DNA of 62,289 nucleotides, the filler included, from Globobulimina sp. (lineage: Eukaryota), in assembly GCA_003354225.1 (NCBI GenBank). It is 21 parts of 21 records of this genome, joined end to end, with 100 filler letters (N's around TTAATTAATTAA, not from the genome) between each part and the next. Parts side by side here need not be neighbours in the genome. Positions count along the whole stretch, not along the records: positions 11,892 to 14,763 come from PIVH01004548.1; positions 14,864 to 17,735 come from PIVH01004549.1; positions 17,836 to 20,707 come from PIVH01004550.1; positions 20,808 to 23,679 come from PIVH01004551.1; 17 more parts are not named here. One strand, given 5' to 3'. The position numbers were made by a program, and so were the translations under genes. Positions within the stretch are counted from its first letter, which is position 1, and every line of letters starts with the position of its first letter. The notes beneath the pieces are model-generated. The model saw nothing but the letters and a program-made list of their open reading frames with translations. It was not told the DNA's origin and ran no database searches. Below are positions 11,892 through 23,779 of the stretch, piece after piece.

Positions 11892-12391
11892 AAATGCTAT
11901 CGCTGATATTATATACAGGATGCGATTGTAATTATGATTTGTGTGCATCACAACGGAGTGGCGACTATGTCAAATGGAAATGGTTTGATAGGATTTTAGA
12001 TTCCGCAATTACTGCACTGTCCTTTTCTGAGAGTGGTCGTTTCAAAGTTTATTCAGGAATTAATGGCGTGAAACTGGATAAAAAATATGTGAAATTGGGA
12101 TATTTTGTAACATTTGTCAGTACATCATGGGATAAAGATGTTGCAGTGCATTTTTTGGACAATAAAACAGGAATTCTGATTGAAATGGACGAGAATTTTA
12201 AGAATAATAGTTTTGTGGACTGTTGTGATGTCTCATGGATTTCCAAATTCCCCGATGAATGTGAAGTATTGTTCACGCGATCATCGTCAACCTGGGGGAA
12301 ATATGGCAGTGCCTTCCAATGCAGTGTTGCGGATCAACGCAATGGAATACAGAGAGTTGTTTTGTCTAAACAATGGAATACAGAAACTTAA
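11892..12391 (+). CDS. ADP-ribosyltransferase-like (R-S-E clade) C-terminal domain (5' partial)
   Basis: VYSG (for YRG), FVSTS..VA..F and DVSWISKFPDECEVLF (ExE) motifs. Confidence 0.75.
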
Positions 12392-12519
12392 ATGTGTCAT
12401 CATAGAAAGTTTAATTGATACTAAACAATATTTGCAATTGATCAAAATTATTAATATTTAGAAATGAAAGAATGCGTGGAACTTTTCCTTGAATCCGACC
12501 ATCGCTTTGAGTGCTGACC

Positions 12520-14295
12520 ATGTCTCTTTGTTCAGTTACAAAATTCAATGCATTACTTACATTAACCGTCATTGCATCGTTGTTATACGTATTCATCATA
12601 TCCCAGCCAAACCCAATAACATTAACACTCCCCAATCAACACAATACAAATGACAAAGTAATCAAATATCTAAATTTTACCGACAATGTAACAGCAATCT
12701 CATCAATGCATTCGAATATAGAATGTGGGCGGCTTTGGTTATTCCATAATAAGGGACTTATACTCTCCATTTATTCTATCACCAACGATACCATCTATAT
12801 AAAAAACATCAGTCCGTACATATCCACCTGCAATGCATCAATAATAACCATATATATTACCATTCAAGGCATAGAATTTCTGGGTGGATTGGCTATTGCA
12901 GATCGCATAAAATGTGCATGGTATTACCGGTTTAATATAACAGTCTCCGCAAAGTACACAGTCAGCGCATACTTATTATATTATGATGGCGTATTAGATG
13001 CACATTATAATAAATGCAACGCACTCTTAAACCATATATTATACAACAAAACAACTACATACATACAAAACATTGATAACAAATCTAGTGTATATTATGA
13101 TGATACATATATTTTGAAACGCATCCACACTCAAAAATTTTATGTACCGCATGAACAATGTTGTGAATGGTGCGCCAGACTGAAAAATTGCTATTTGTAC
13201 ATGAGTCACGACACACAAAACCCCGAAATGAAGATAAATCGATGTATAATGTTCAATAAAACAGCCAGGAACAATATGCAAATTATCAATGTCAACCAAT
13301 TGAATACGACTGCAAAACTAAAAGAAAATGAATGGATACTGGGATACAATAGAAATGAGAAAACGACATATTATTTAGGCTCGTTAGCGTCCACTACTCC
13401 CACACAAAGACTACATTGCCATAAAAAGCAATATGATCTCATTCATAATTCCAATCAAATACTCACACTGCACAGTAATTTTTTCGTCAACCAACTCCAA
13501 AATAAACCTTTTTGCAGTTATAGTCACATAAAAATAAAAAAGTTGCAAGGCCGATGGGTCAAACTGAAAAATGGAGCCATGTATTGGGCCAATCGTAAAT
13601 GTAAAATAGATGATTTATATTGTGCTGTTCCTGCTTTTTTCTCTGCCTATCATTGTCAATGGCGGTATGGTAATACCCTGCAAATATTACACGATTTATT
13701 CGGTATTTATGGGATAAAAAAAATAATATTTTTTGGTGACTCAATTATCGGAAATATGATGAAATTTATGCAAATATTGTTTGCAAAGGAAGTGTTTGGA
13801 TGTGGTGGTGAGAATAGTCAGAATATACTGTTATGTCATATGCATAGTATTAATAATAATCCATTAACAACGTTTAAAAAGGGTACGGAAGAGATATTGG
13901 TTACAAATTTTAATTTAGTTCATAGATTATGGCATAACACATTGGATGAAATTGAAACATATTTGAATGAAATGAATAAAGAATTTAATAAGTATTTTAT
14001 TGCAAAGTATGGAGGTAATACAAATAATTGGCCTCAGAGAGTAATGTTTGAACTGCCTTTGATTATTTCGGAGAGAGAATATCATTGTACATCGCCGAGA
14101 GTTGTTAGAATTAATAAAATGGTGCATAAAATATTGGGTAATAAGTTTGGATGGAACGTGTTTCCTTTATTTACGTTAACAGAAGCAATGCAATATGATT
14201 TTAGCGAACTTAATGATGGATTGCATCCTGATACTTTTGTATTTGTTGATATTATCAGAATTATGTTTGAATTTATAGTTACCGGTAATTCATAA
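12520..14295 (+). CDS. Type II membrane protein with PAN/apple-like module and SGNH (NXPE/TBL-like) acyltransferase/esterase domain
   Basis: N-terminal TM helix, CCEWCARLKNC, FFGDSIIG and C-terminal DGLHP (GDS...DxxH). Confidence 0.72.
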   Translation: MSLCSVTKFNALLTLTVIASLLYVFIISQPNPITLTLPNQHNTNDKVIKYLNFTDNVTAISSMHSNIECGRLWLFHNKGLILSIYSITNDTIYIKNISPYISTCNASIITIYITIQGIEFLGGLAIADRIKCAWYYRFNITVSAKYTVSAYLLYYDGVLDAHYNKCNALLNHILYNKTTTYIQNIDNKSSVYYDDTYILKRIHTQKFYVPHEQCCEWCARLKNCYLYMSHDTQNPEMKINRCIMFNKTARNNMQIINVNQLNTTAKLKENEWILGYNRNEKTTYYLGSLASTTPTQRLHCHKKQYDLIHNSNQILTLHSNFFVNQLQNKPFCSYSHIKIKKLQGRWVKLKNGAMYWANRKCKIDDLYCAVPAFFSAYHCQWRYGNTLQILHDLFGIYGIKKIIFFGDSIIGNMMKFMQILFAKEVFGCGGENSQNILLCHMHSINNNPLTTFKKGTEEILVTNFNLVHRLWHNTLDEIETYLNEMNKEFNKYFIAKYGGNTNNWPQRVMFELPLIISEREYHCTSPRVVRINKMVHKILGNKFGWNVFPLFTLTEAMQYDFSELNDGLHPDTFVFVDIIRIMFEFIVTGNS

Positions 14296-14432
14296 ACTAC
14301 TGATCAAACTTATATAAGTTTTGCAAAAAGTGTGTCTAAAACAACACAGTTTTTACGCCACAAAAACCAAATTAATCGAGACGCTAAATCCTCTAATTAC
14401 AGTCACTCACTACTTGGAATCAATAGACAATA

Positions 14433-14763
14433 ATGAGTTGTGGTGGATTGAGTAAAAAAAAGTCTGGAGGATCTAACTCTAAACGTAACTCTAATAATGA
14501 TAATGATAATGAATTGAAAAGAAACTCTGATGATGAATTTGATGATCTCACTCTAGATCTACTAACGTTAAGTTGAGTATATTTTATGATAGAATAATAA
14601 TCAAATACACATTCCAAACATAGGGATAATTTAAATGATTTAAATTTAGAAGTAGCCAAATTAAAATCATTAAGTGATTTAGCAAAAATAGAATCGAAAG
14701 AAAAGAAAAGTAGAAATGAAAATAAATCTGCGGAATGTGATGAAAATAAATCCGCAGAATGTA
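14433..14763 (+). CDS. Hypothetical protein, N-terminus (one intron; 3' partial)
   Basis: MSCGGLSKKKSGGSNSKR..; a GTTAAG..CATAG intron restores an open frame to the contig end. Confidence 0.4.
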
Positions 14764-14863
14764 NNNNNNNNNNNNNNNNNNNNNNNNNNNNNNNNNNNNN
14801 NNNNNNNTTAATTAATTAANNNNNNNNNNNNNNNNNNNNNNNNNNNNNNNNNNNNNNNNNNNN

Positions 14864-16435
14864 TATAATGACGAAAATAATACGAAAAATTATCAAGACA
14901 CTGTATTAGATATTCATTCATATCATACTACATTAGGCATACCAACAAAATATATACTTCTTGACTCGTGGTGGTATTTGCAAGGTAAATTTAGTGGTGT
15001 TTCAAATTGGAGTGCGCTGGCAAATATATTTCCAAATGGATTGCAATATTTATATTCTGCAACAGGATGGAAAGTGGTGGCACATAATAGATATTGGAGT
15101 GTAGATAATGTATACCAGTCACAGTACAATTTTACAATGAGTGCGTATGATGCTTTGCCAATAGATTATGTATTTTGGGATGATTTGTTTAAAAATAATA
15201 CAAATTGGGGGTTAACGGTCTATGAACAAGATTGGTTATCACGTAGTAGTGAGTCAATACCAATGTTGCTCAATTCAGTAAGCTTTGGTCGCGAATGGTT
15301 GAGTGATATGGCGAACGCAGCAATGAAATATGATGTGAATATTGAATATTGCATGAGTTTCCCCAGACATATTTTAGCCAGCGGCCAATTACCATCTGTG
15401 ACACAAACACGTGTGTCTGGTGACTATATACCTGGCGATAGAAAGGAACAATGGAGAATTGGTACTTCGTCCATTCTTGCATGGTCTCTTGGGCTTGCTG
15501 GCTCGAAGGGTGTGGCTGCAAATATATCTTTTAAATTCTTAAGCATTTAATTATTTTATCAAATACTGTCCAATTGGTTTACATTGAACATATTCAAAAA
15601 CAGACAGGATTTGGTTGATAAAATATATAAAATGAATGTTTATTGACTGACAGGTTCTATTTGGACAATGCGAGATAAACAACCTGGGCCATATTTAGCA
15701 GATACCCATGAACCATATAATAGATTACAAGCAGTTGTATTGGCATTAAGTAACGGTCCCATTGCCTTTGGTGATCAAATTGGATTTTCCAATAAGACAT
15801 TAATAATGAAATGGTGTAATGCGGATGGCTTATTATTACGGCCTGATGTGCCCGCAACGAATATTGATAGATTCTTTGTACGGACTGCATTTAGGGATAA
15901 AATGAGTGGCCCCGATGGTGAGGTTTGGTGCAGTAAATCAACTGTTGGACATATTACATATTTATATGTATTTGCAGTTGAATTAAGAGATGATTTTTTA
16001 TTGACACCAAATGATATTAAATATCAATTAAATGAAATGAATGTAGATAATAGAAAATGGTTAGTATTTGAAAGTAATGCCACTGGAAAATATAATCAAT
16101 TTGATATGAATAACACATTGAGATTAAAAAAAGGAAACAAATATAATTTTGAGTTATATTCATTTATTGATATTACAGATATTATTGATAATAGTGGATG
16201 GATATTGGGTGGAGAGGTTAATAAATGGATTACTTTTTCAGCACAAAGATTTGTTTCGATAATTGATAATGGAAATACTTTGCAAGTTGAAATATATGGT
16301 GCAGTTAACGAAAATGTAGAGATTGCGTTTTTAGATAGGAATCGTAATAATGCACAAGTAATAGTAAATTGTGTCATTGGCGATTCCCAAAATGTTGTAA
16401 TCACAATGCCTGGTCAAAAATGTACCCAATACTGA
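14864..16435 (+). CDS. Putative TIM-barrel glycoside hydrolase (GH-D clan/raffinose-synthase-like; 5' partial; intron 15510-15653)
   Basis: YILLDSWWY, FPNGL, AHNRYW, YEQDWL, YCMS, RVSGDY and LSNGPIAFGD..LLRPD. The intron joins ORFs 14978 and 15668 in frame. Confidence 0.65.
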
Positions 16436-16731
16436 TTTGTGATCTTTATAAAAAAAAGCTGTTTTTTATTAATCTTACTTGTTTTCAATAACATTCTTAA
16501 AGTTAAAGTTGACAACATATTGCACGCACATAATGGTTTATTACTATTTTATAGCTCTGGTTTATTTCTGCGATGCAAGCGCACCGCGGCCGCCGCCGAA
16601 TAAAAAAGCACCATTCCTCCAACAATCGAAAAGTTAATTAACTAGCGCACTGTTCAACTAATTTGTTATTCGATTTTTCAATTGAAACACTGTTTATTTG
16701 CTGATTGTTTAAATTTGATTTGCTGACACAG

Positions 16732-17219
16732 GCCATAATGCTATCGGAATATTTGGAGCAAAACCGCCATTACCACCGAAATCACTGACAGACCCACGTT
16801 TATTGTATCGCAACAATAACACATCGTCACCACGACCACGCCTCCTGCTCACTCCATCCGTAATACCTTCCACACCACAATCTGAACGATCGCAATTTGC
16901 ACAATCACAACATTCAACAAAATTGAGAATTGAGTATGCACAGTCATATGCTTCTGAGGAATTAGATGATGATCATCGTATTGTTCAAGCTACAGTACCA
17001 AGTTTATGGAATAGTAGGATACGAATGTTGTATTTTCAACGTTATACACTGACAATTAACGAAATCGCTGAAAAGGTAAATGGAATCAATCAAATGCTTG
17101 CTGCATTAGGGAAACAACGGCACCGATTGGTGGGAAAACACAATGAATTCATTTTTCTAAAGCAATTATTATTAGAAGAACAATTTGAAGGTGAAAATAC
17201 TACAATTTCATCTGCGTAA
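16732..17219 (+). CDS. Hypothetical protein, last exon (Pro-rich then coiled coil)
   Basis: Acceptor ACAG ending at 16731 opens the frame of ORF 16803-17219. Confidence 0.4.
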
Positions 17220-17502
17220 TATTCCTTAATATTTGTTTTTGATCACTATTTAATACTAGAATAATAAATTGCGTTGTTTATAATATTGAAAGGTTTCAGC
17301 TTTTACATGTTTCAGTAATTTAATCCATCAAGTTGTATAATAACTTGGGGCACAACGCATTTTTATGTATTCTACAAAATCTAAACAAGTCAATAAAATC
17401 GTGCCTGCGAACGTGTTTCTAAAAACAAAGTTTTTCAACCGAAAGTTAAGTCGCCTCATCAATTACAATCCTTCTTGATCCGAACCAAAAGCACCGATAA
17501 AT

Positions 17503-17735
17503 ATGATACGAAAAGGACAAGATAAATACCAATCGGGATTACTAACTGAAAATGAAGCATTAAACAGCGAATTCATTTCAAATAATGAACAACTAGAAAA
17601 TAATTTGAATGAGTCAGACAACAAACACAATAAAAAAATCAAATCATCTGAAATTGAAGAAAGAAAATTAAAATTCGAGCCAAATGTAAATGACAAACTA
17701 ATAGACATTGCAAGAGATAAAATATCACTGCGTGT
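17503..17735 (+). CDS. Hypothetical protein (3' partial)
   Basis: ATG-initiated hydrophilic ORF open to the contig end. Confidence 0.35.
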
Positions 17736-17835
17736 NNNNNNNNNNNNNNNNNNNNNNNNNNNNNNNNNNNNNNNNNNNNTTAATTAATTAANNNNNNNNN
17801 NNNNNNNNNNNNNNNNNNNNNNNNNNNNNNNNNNN

Positions 17836-19720
17836 ATATGAATGGAATGTGACGGAAATTGTTTCCTTTATCAACGCAGCAGATCCAGAATTATTATATT
17901 CCATTGATACCCCACTCCTTTTCTCTTTATTCCCTGAATATTTTATTCAAAACTTACCCAGAGATATATTAATAGCACACAAACTGTATTATTACCTTCC
18001 ATTCGATGACCCATTATATTGCTTTAACATCACCAATTGCACCGCGCCCACCATTGCCGCCATCGATCCATGTTTCGGACCATTTGTACACACCATACAT
18101 GACGGCTTCTTTATATGTACGTACATCCATAATGTATATGATAACATCCATAATAATAACAATATACAGTCCCAAATGGGAGCAAAACCTATCAATGTGC
18201 CTTACGCTGTGAACTTACACAAACTCTGTGGAACATTAGCGATGACGACATGGATTTAGTGGATGCTTTTTTTTTCGTTTTTACCACATTATTTCTGGCG
18301 ATGCTCCTTATTATTTGGCTCAATCTTGGCATGGATATAGGACTAAACAAACATAACTGTTGTAACCGTGGTTTCCTGTTCCAGGCACCCATTTGCATTG
18401 TGATGATTTATACACTCTTAGCTTTTCTTTTTTTGATACCATTACTCATCGGGAAAGAAGAGGTTGCGTGCTCTCAGGATTTAGATGGCGTTAAAACTTT
18501 TGGAAGTACGTTAATAAAATATATCATATACATACATCAGATATATATATACAACATATATATAATACGACACAGGTTATAATCCAGGAAGCTCTGCCTT
18601 GTGTACTGTTGTAGGTATATTATTTTACGGAGCTCTGATGACAGTGGGCGGTTACACTGCGTATTTTTCCTTTGATTTATGGAAAACGTTTTATGCGCCC
18701 TTGAATTCCATAGTGGACGAATTGAGACAGAAATCGGTCTGCAAGTGTTGCTGTGCAGTGATGACGGTTTTTGCTAATTGCGGTGACAAATGTGGCAGTG
18801 GCACTGGTTCGAAATGTATTCGTTGTCAGCAGTTCTTAAATACCTCGCTATTCAAACATTGCTTGATATATTCGATTTCATTCACTTATATTCTTATCGG
18901 CTGCTTAAACAATGAGATTGATGCGGTGCCGCCTTTGGGTATTTGTTCCATGGGCTCGCGCAGTAAAAAAGCCACCATATTTTACAACACTATCCCAACC
19001 GCAATATTTTTGTTTTTAGCTACGTTATTTGTGCCCGCTGCCATATTGCTGTTAGTACGCGTGGCAAAAAGGGGCAACCCTCAAAGTAAGAGAGAATTTA
19101 AGGAATTCAAATGGAGATTGCTTGTCTATTTCTTGTGTGTAGAGGTTTCTTGGTTTATTCTCGTATTTGTCACTTCCTGTATATTTTATGTGAACCGCGA
19201 TCGCTTTGAACACGATGCACAAAAACGCACTGAGTGCATGTTAATGAAAGCGGGCACTTCTACTGCTTCCGAGGAGACTTTTGAAGAATGTATGTTTGGT
19301 TATACATATTGGATTGGATGGTATATCATTGTTGGTTTAATTTTGCCATTTGCCGGGTTTGGCTCATTGATGCTGTCGTGCAATGACAAAAACTGGAGAA
19401 GGTGGTTGGTTATTTTTGATGTGGTGTTTACGCGGCTGTGCTTATGCCGACGTGCACAAAGCACAGATGAGAGGATGGTGATGCGGTTGGCTAATGTTGA
19501 GGTGACAGTTAATAGTCGATCTCCGAGGACAATGACAGGCACTAAAACTACTACGAGCAAAAGCGGTGATCGTACCAGTACTGCTCCAAAGGGTACATCC
19601 GATATGGAATTGTGTAGAAGCAAAAGTATTTCGAGTGATACTGCAAACGAAATCACATTGGAAGCAAATAAAAGCATTGATAGTATGGACAAACAAAAAC
19701 CAGAAGAATTAAGTGATTAA
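17836..19720 (+). CDS. Frizzled/Smoothened-like (class F) 7TM receptor (5' partial; introns 18117-18169, 18506-18575)
   Basis: Cys-rich linker (CTAP..QCALRCE), EEVACS, CTVVGILFYGALM, DAVPPLGICSMG, seven TM segments and a Cys-containing last loop. Both introns restore frame. Confidence 0.7.
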
Positions 19721-19931
19721 ATATACTAAGTTGTCCCGCTGATTTATTTTGTTGACCCACTTATTTTTGTTTTTTTATAATTTTTACTTTTGCAGCGATT
19801 ATTTTGTATTATAAATTAATACTATTATTTGATGAAAAAAAAAACTGTTTATTTGTTTTTTACACTCGCGCTCATCCTCTGGTCGTCTGAGGACTCAACC
19901 AATTTCTACAAAGCACTACCTATTACTAGTC

Positions 19932-20707
19932 ATGGCCCAAAAAAAGCAACAAGAGGCTTCTATCGAAGTGCCATCAAATGACCCATCAGACAAAAAAAAC
20001 GACGATGAAGCGCCACCACCAAACCCAGTGTCCGGCATCGATGAGCCGAAAGACCCGAAAGTCGCCAAAGATTCGAAAAAAAAGAAAAAGACTGAAAATG
20101 AATTATCCGCCGAAGACGAAGAATTAAAGCGACGCTTAGAAGAGTTAGTGACCGCAATCTTGGACAAAGAGTATAACACCGTCGGTAGGGCCGGCTTACA
20201 ATTATTAAAAACCGAGATTCGCTCTGCGACCTCGTCCATGACCTCCGTGCCCAAACCATTAAAATTCCTCAAAGACCACTATGATAAAATCAAAACGTTT
20301 TACAACACATTGTCCAAAACAGATGAATGCTTCTCGGAATATTCCGACTTAATGTCGGTGCTCGCCATGACTATGGAGGAGCCCTCGACGCGCTTATGCC
20401 TAAAATATAGGTTGCAGTCCGACATCAAGATCATGAAAGAGTGGGGCACGCAATATCTAAAACATTTGACCGCCGAAATTCGCATTGAAATGGAACTACG
20501 TTTGGCGGCGGAAGACGACTCTGAAAAAACTGCAGGTAATGTACCTAATATTTATCTCCTTGCACTCCTCTCTTATCCTCGCACAATGGCCCCATGCACA
20601 GATTTGATCGATGAAGAGTCCATAAAAGCAGCCGTGCACGAAATCGTATCGTATTATATGGACAACAATGCGGAGGCGGATGCTATTGATGTATTGTTGG
20701 AGGTGGA
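19932..20707 (+). CDS. RPN1: 26S proteasome regulatory subunit RPN1/PSMD2 (3' partial; probable in-frame intron 20536-20601)
   Basis: ELSAEDEELK, IRSATSSMTSVPKPLKFL, SVLAMT, EWGTQYLKHL and NAEADAIDVLLEV. Confidence 0.95.
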
Positions 20708-20842
20708 NNNNNNNNNNNNNNNNNNNNNNNNNNNNNNNNNNNNNNNNNNNNTTAATTAATTAANNNNNNNNNNNNNNNNNNNNNNNNNNNNNNNNNNNNN
20801 NNNNNNNATGGCATATTTATATACAAATATATATCACATTAC

Positions 20843-23679
20843 TCACAAATAATCCTCAGGGTTATCCAAACAACTTGAACAATCTATTTGGGCGGCTTTT
20901 TCTTGATTGACATCAAAATAGCCACCCATTCCTGTTAATGTTTCATATGGGCTCACTAAATTATCCTTATTTATATCGAACAATGACATAAATTGTGTGC
21001 AATTCTCGACTCTAAGATCTGGATCATTTGCAATGAAAAACCATGCTGCACATATTTCACTTTTTGATATTTTATTATCTTTACCATCCGAATTAGCCAC
21101 AAAATTGTATACATCCCATACAGCATAGCACTTTTCATTCGCTCCGCATGGATCCTCACAATCGCCGCCATCAAAAGCACACTCTAAATTATTACAATTT
21201 GAGTCGCACCAATGGTCACTGACCCATGTTATATTACATCCATTCTCATCTAACTCACAACGCTCCGCATCAAACACAGTAGTTGTTATACAATCACCTT
21301 CATCAAAATTGCAATTGGTTGTATTGCACAACAAATCGCATTCACCATTTCCTAAAAACTGCCAATAATTATCACATTCGCATAACTGATGGCAATCGCC
21401 ACCATCATACATACAACTAAGTGATCGGCAGTCTTGGTCACAAATACCATCTCTCCAATCCTGCGGTGTACAGGAAATTGTATTCACACTGTTACTGCAC
21501 ACTGCAACGCATGATTTTGTTTCGTCAATAAACGATGCAAATGTGTCGGAAACGTTAACTGAACTTACACTTTCGCACAAACCTGACTCTTGCAATGCGA
21601 ATGTTGCATTATGGTTATACTGGAATGCATCATTAAACTGCTCCATATCAGAAATGTTGTTATATTCCATCAGCGAATGCCTAGTGAGCTGAAACGCTCT
21701 GAACACATTAAAGTCAGTCAAATGTGGCATATTTAGCAATTCCAATGGAATATGTTTCAATTCAATTAAGTTGTTCAGCTGAATTATTTGTAATGTTTTG
21801 ATATTTTTAATACAATGCGGTATTTCTGTGATTCCGCTGGTTACTAATTTTAACACTGCTAATTTATGGAATGAACAGATTGGAGGAAGATAGCCTTTGT
21901 CTGCATTTACATTTTGGAAGCCGATATATTGCAACTCTGATAATTGGGAAAAAGTGTTTGGAAATTGTTCAATGTCGCAATGGTGCACACTAAGATACTG
22001 CAAATCTTTCCAATTTGACATTTCTGGAGCAATATAGCCAATTATTAGCCCGTTAATCTCTAAAACCTGTAACTTTGTTGCAACAAACATGTCTGAGGTA
22101 AAGTTTAATGACTGATATTGTTGTTTGCTGTCATATGCGTCGGTAATCTGCGCTACTGACATTTTTTGCAACATTTTGAATGATCTGAACACGCTGGATA
22201 TGATATCTACTAATTCGATATTAAATGTTTCCTTTAATTCAATGGCATCCCATGCAAAATAGTGCTGGTCATAGCGGGAATACTCGAATTTAAAAGCACG
22301 ACAATCACATTTTGTATCAAAGGGATAAACTTTCTGTTTACAAAAATTCCACAGAAACAATTCCGGCCTCTCATTCAATGTTTGTTGAGCTGACAGTGTT
22401 AGCATTGTTTTATTGTTATTGTTATAGCCGGATAGATCAGAAACGATTTGATTACAAAATACTGTCGATTCCTCGAAATGAGATGTCACCAAAGCTAATA
22501 CAGTGCTGCCATAAATACAAAACACTGCCGATATTAGCATAATCAGTATTTTTCGAGTATAAATATGATAAAAACAAGTTTTCAATGCATGGCTATTATC
22601 AGTATCGATATGTGCTTGAGACCCAGATATCGTCCAACTGGCACTGCTTTGAAGGGCTAACGCAGACGGCGCAGTCCGTCGATTGGCATAACATTCACGC
22701 ATTTCATTCATTGTTTGATTTGATAGCGACCAGCACTTACCACACAATAACAAGAGAGGAAAGAAAGTGGCCCAGAATGACAATGCATCGTTTGTTTGCA
22801 GCGAAGCTAATGATACAAGGATGCCTATGTCATCTTGCTTGGATAAGACCACAATAATCGGGAATAGCGCATAAAATAAGTCATTAACCATATCAATGGA
22901 ACATAAAATAGTCTCAAATAATATTCCATGACAAAATACTGGCTTAAATGCGTACAATGACCACAATATTGCATTGGAGATACAATTTAAAAATAAAAAA
23001 ACTGAAAACAATATGATAAACTTAGAATCATAAGCGAGATATACATTGTTATGGTCATTGCTGGTGCCATTGTACAATAACAAGGCTTGGGACTGTAGCA
23101 AAACTTCGATGATTTCTGATACGATTCGACTAATAATCCATTTGCCTGTATCCACTCCGAACTGAGCTTTAAAGAAAACAGAAACGGATTGAAATTTAGA
23201 TATAAACGGCAAACTTTTATATGTTGGCACTGTTTGCCTCTGTTTTATTTGGCCTTTTCTGTATTGTATGCTGTCTGTAACTAATTTGAAAACAAAGTAT
23301 GCCGTTATCGCAATAAATGCCGCACTTAACAGCGAAAATGCAAAACATTTCGCAATCGATGAAGCAGACTGATTATCAAATATATATCCATAAGATTGCC
23401 GGGACCATAATTTATCAACGCTGACCACATCGTTTCCGACAACCCAGCAATCGTCAGATACTCCATGCGGTGCACCCATCGTAATTGAATGTTGACGGAC
23501 TTCAGGCCATGAAAGTAAATCACACCAATAATCATCAAGTACCAATGATAATACTTGTCCGACGGCATAGGAAATGCATAAGATCAATATAAATATGGTG
23601 ATGAATATCATAAGTATACGCGTCGCAAATAATTCATTGGTTAACAATTTTCTCCATGGATAACGGCGCTGCGCGAGCA
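20843..23679 (-). CDS. Multi-pass membrane protein with C-terminal LRRs, three LNR (Notch/Lin-12) repeats and EF-hands (5' partial)
   Basis: TM block, then LxxLxxLxL repeats, then DGICDQDCRSLSCMYDGGDC, GNGECDLLCNTTNCNFDEGDC, DHWCDSNCNNLECAFDGGDC and EF loop DINKDNLVSPYE. Confidence 0.85.
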
Positions 23680-23779
23680 NNNNNNNNNNNNNNNNNNNNN
23701 NNNNNNNNNNNNNNNNNNNNNNNTTAATTAATTAANNNNNNNNNNNNNNNNNNNNNNNNNNNNNNNNNNNNNNNNNNNN

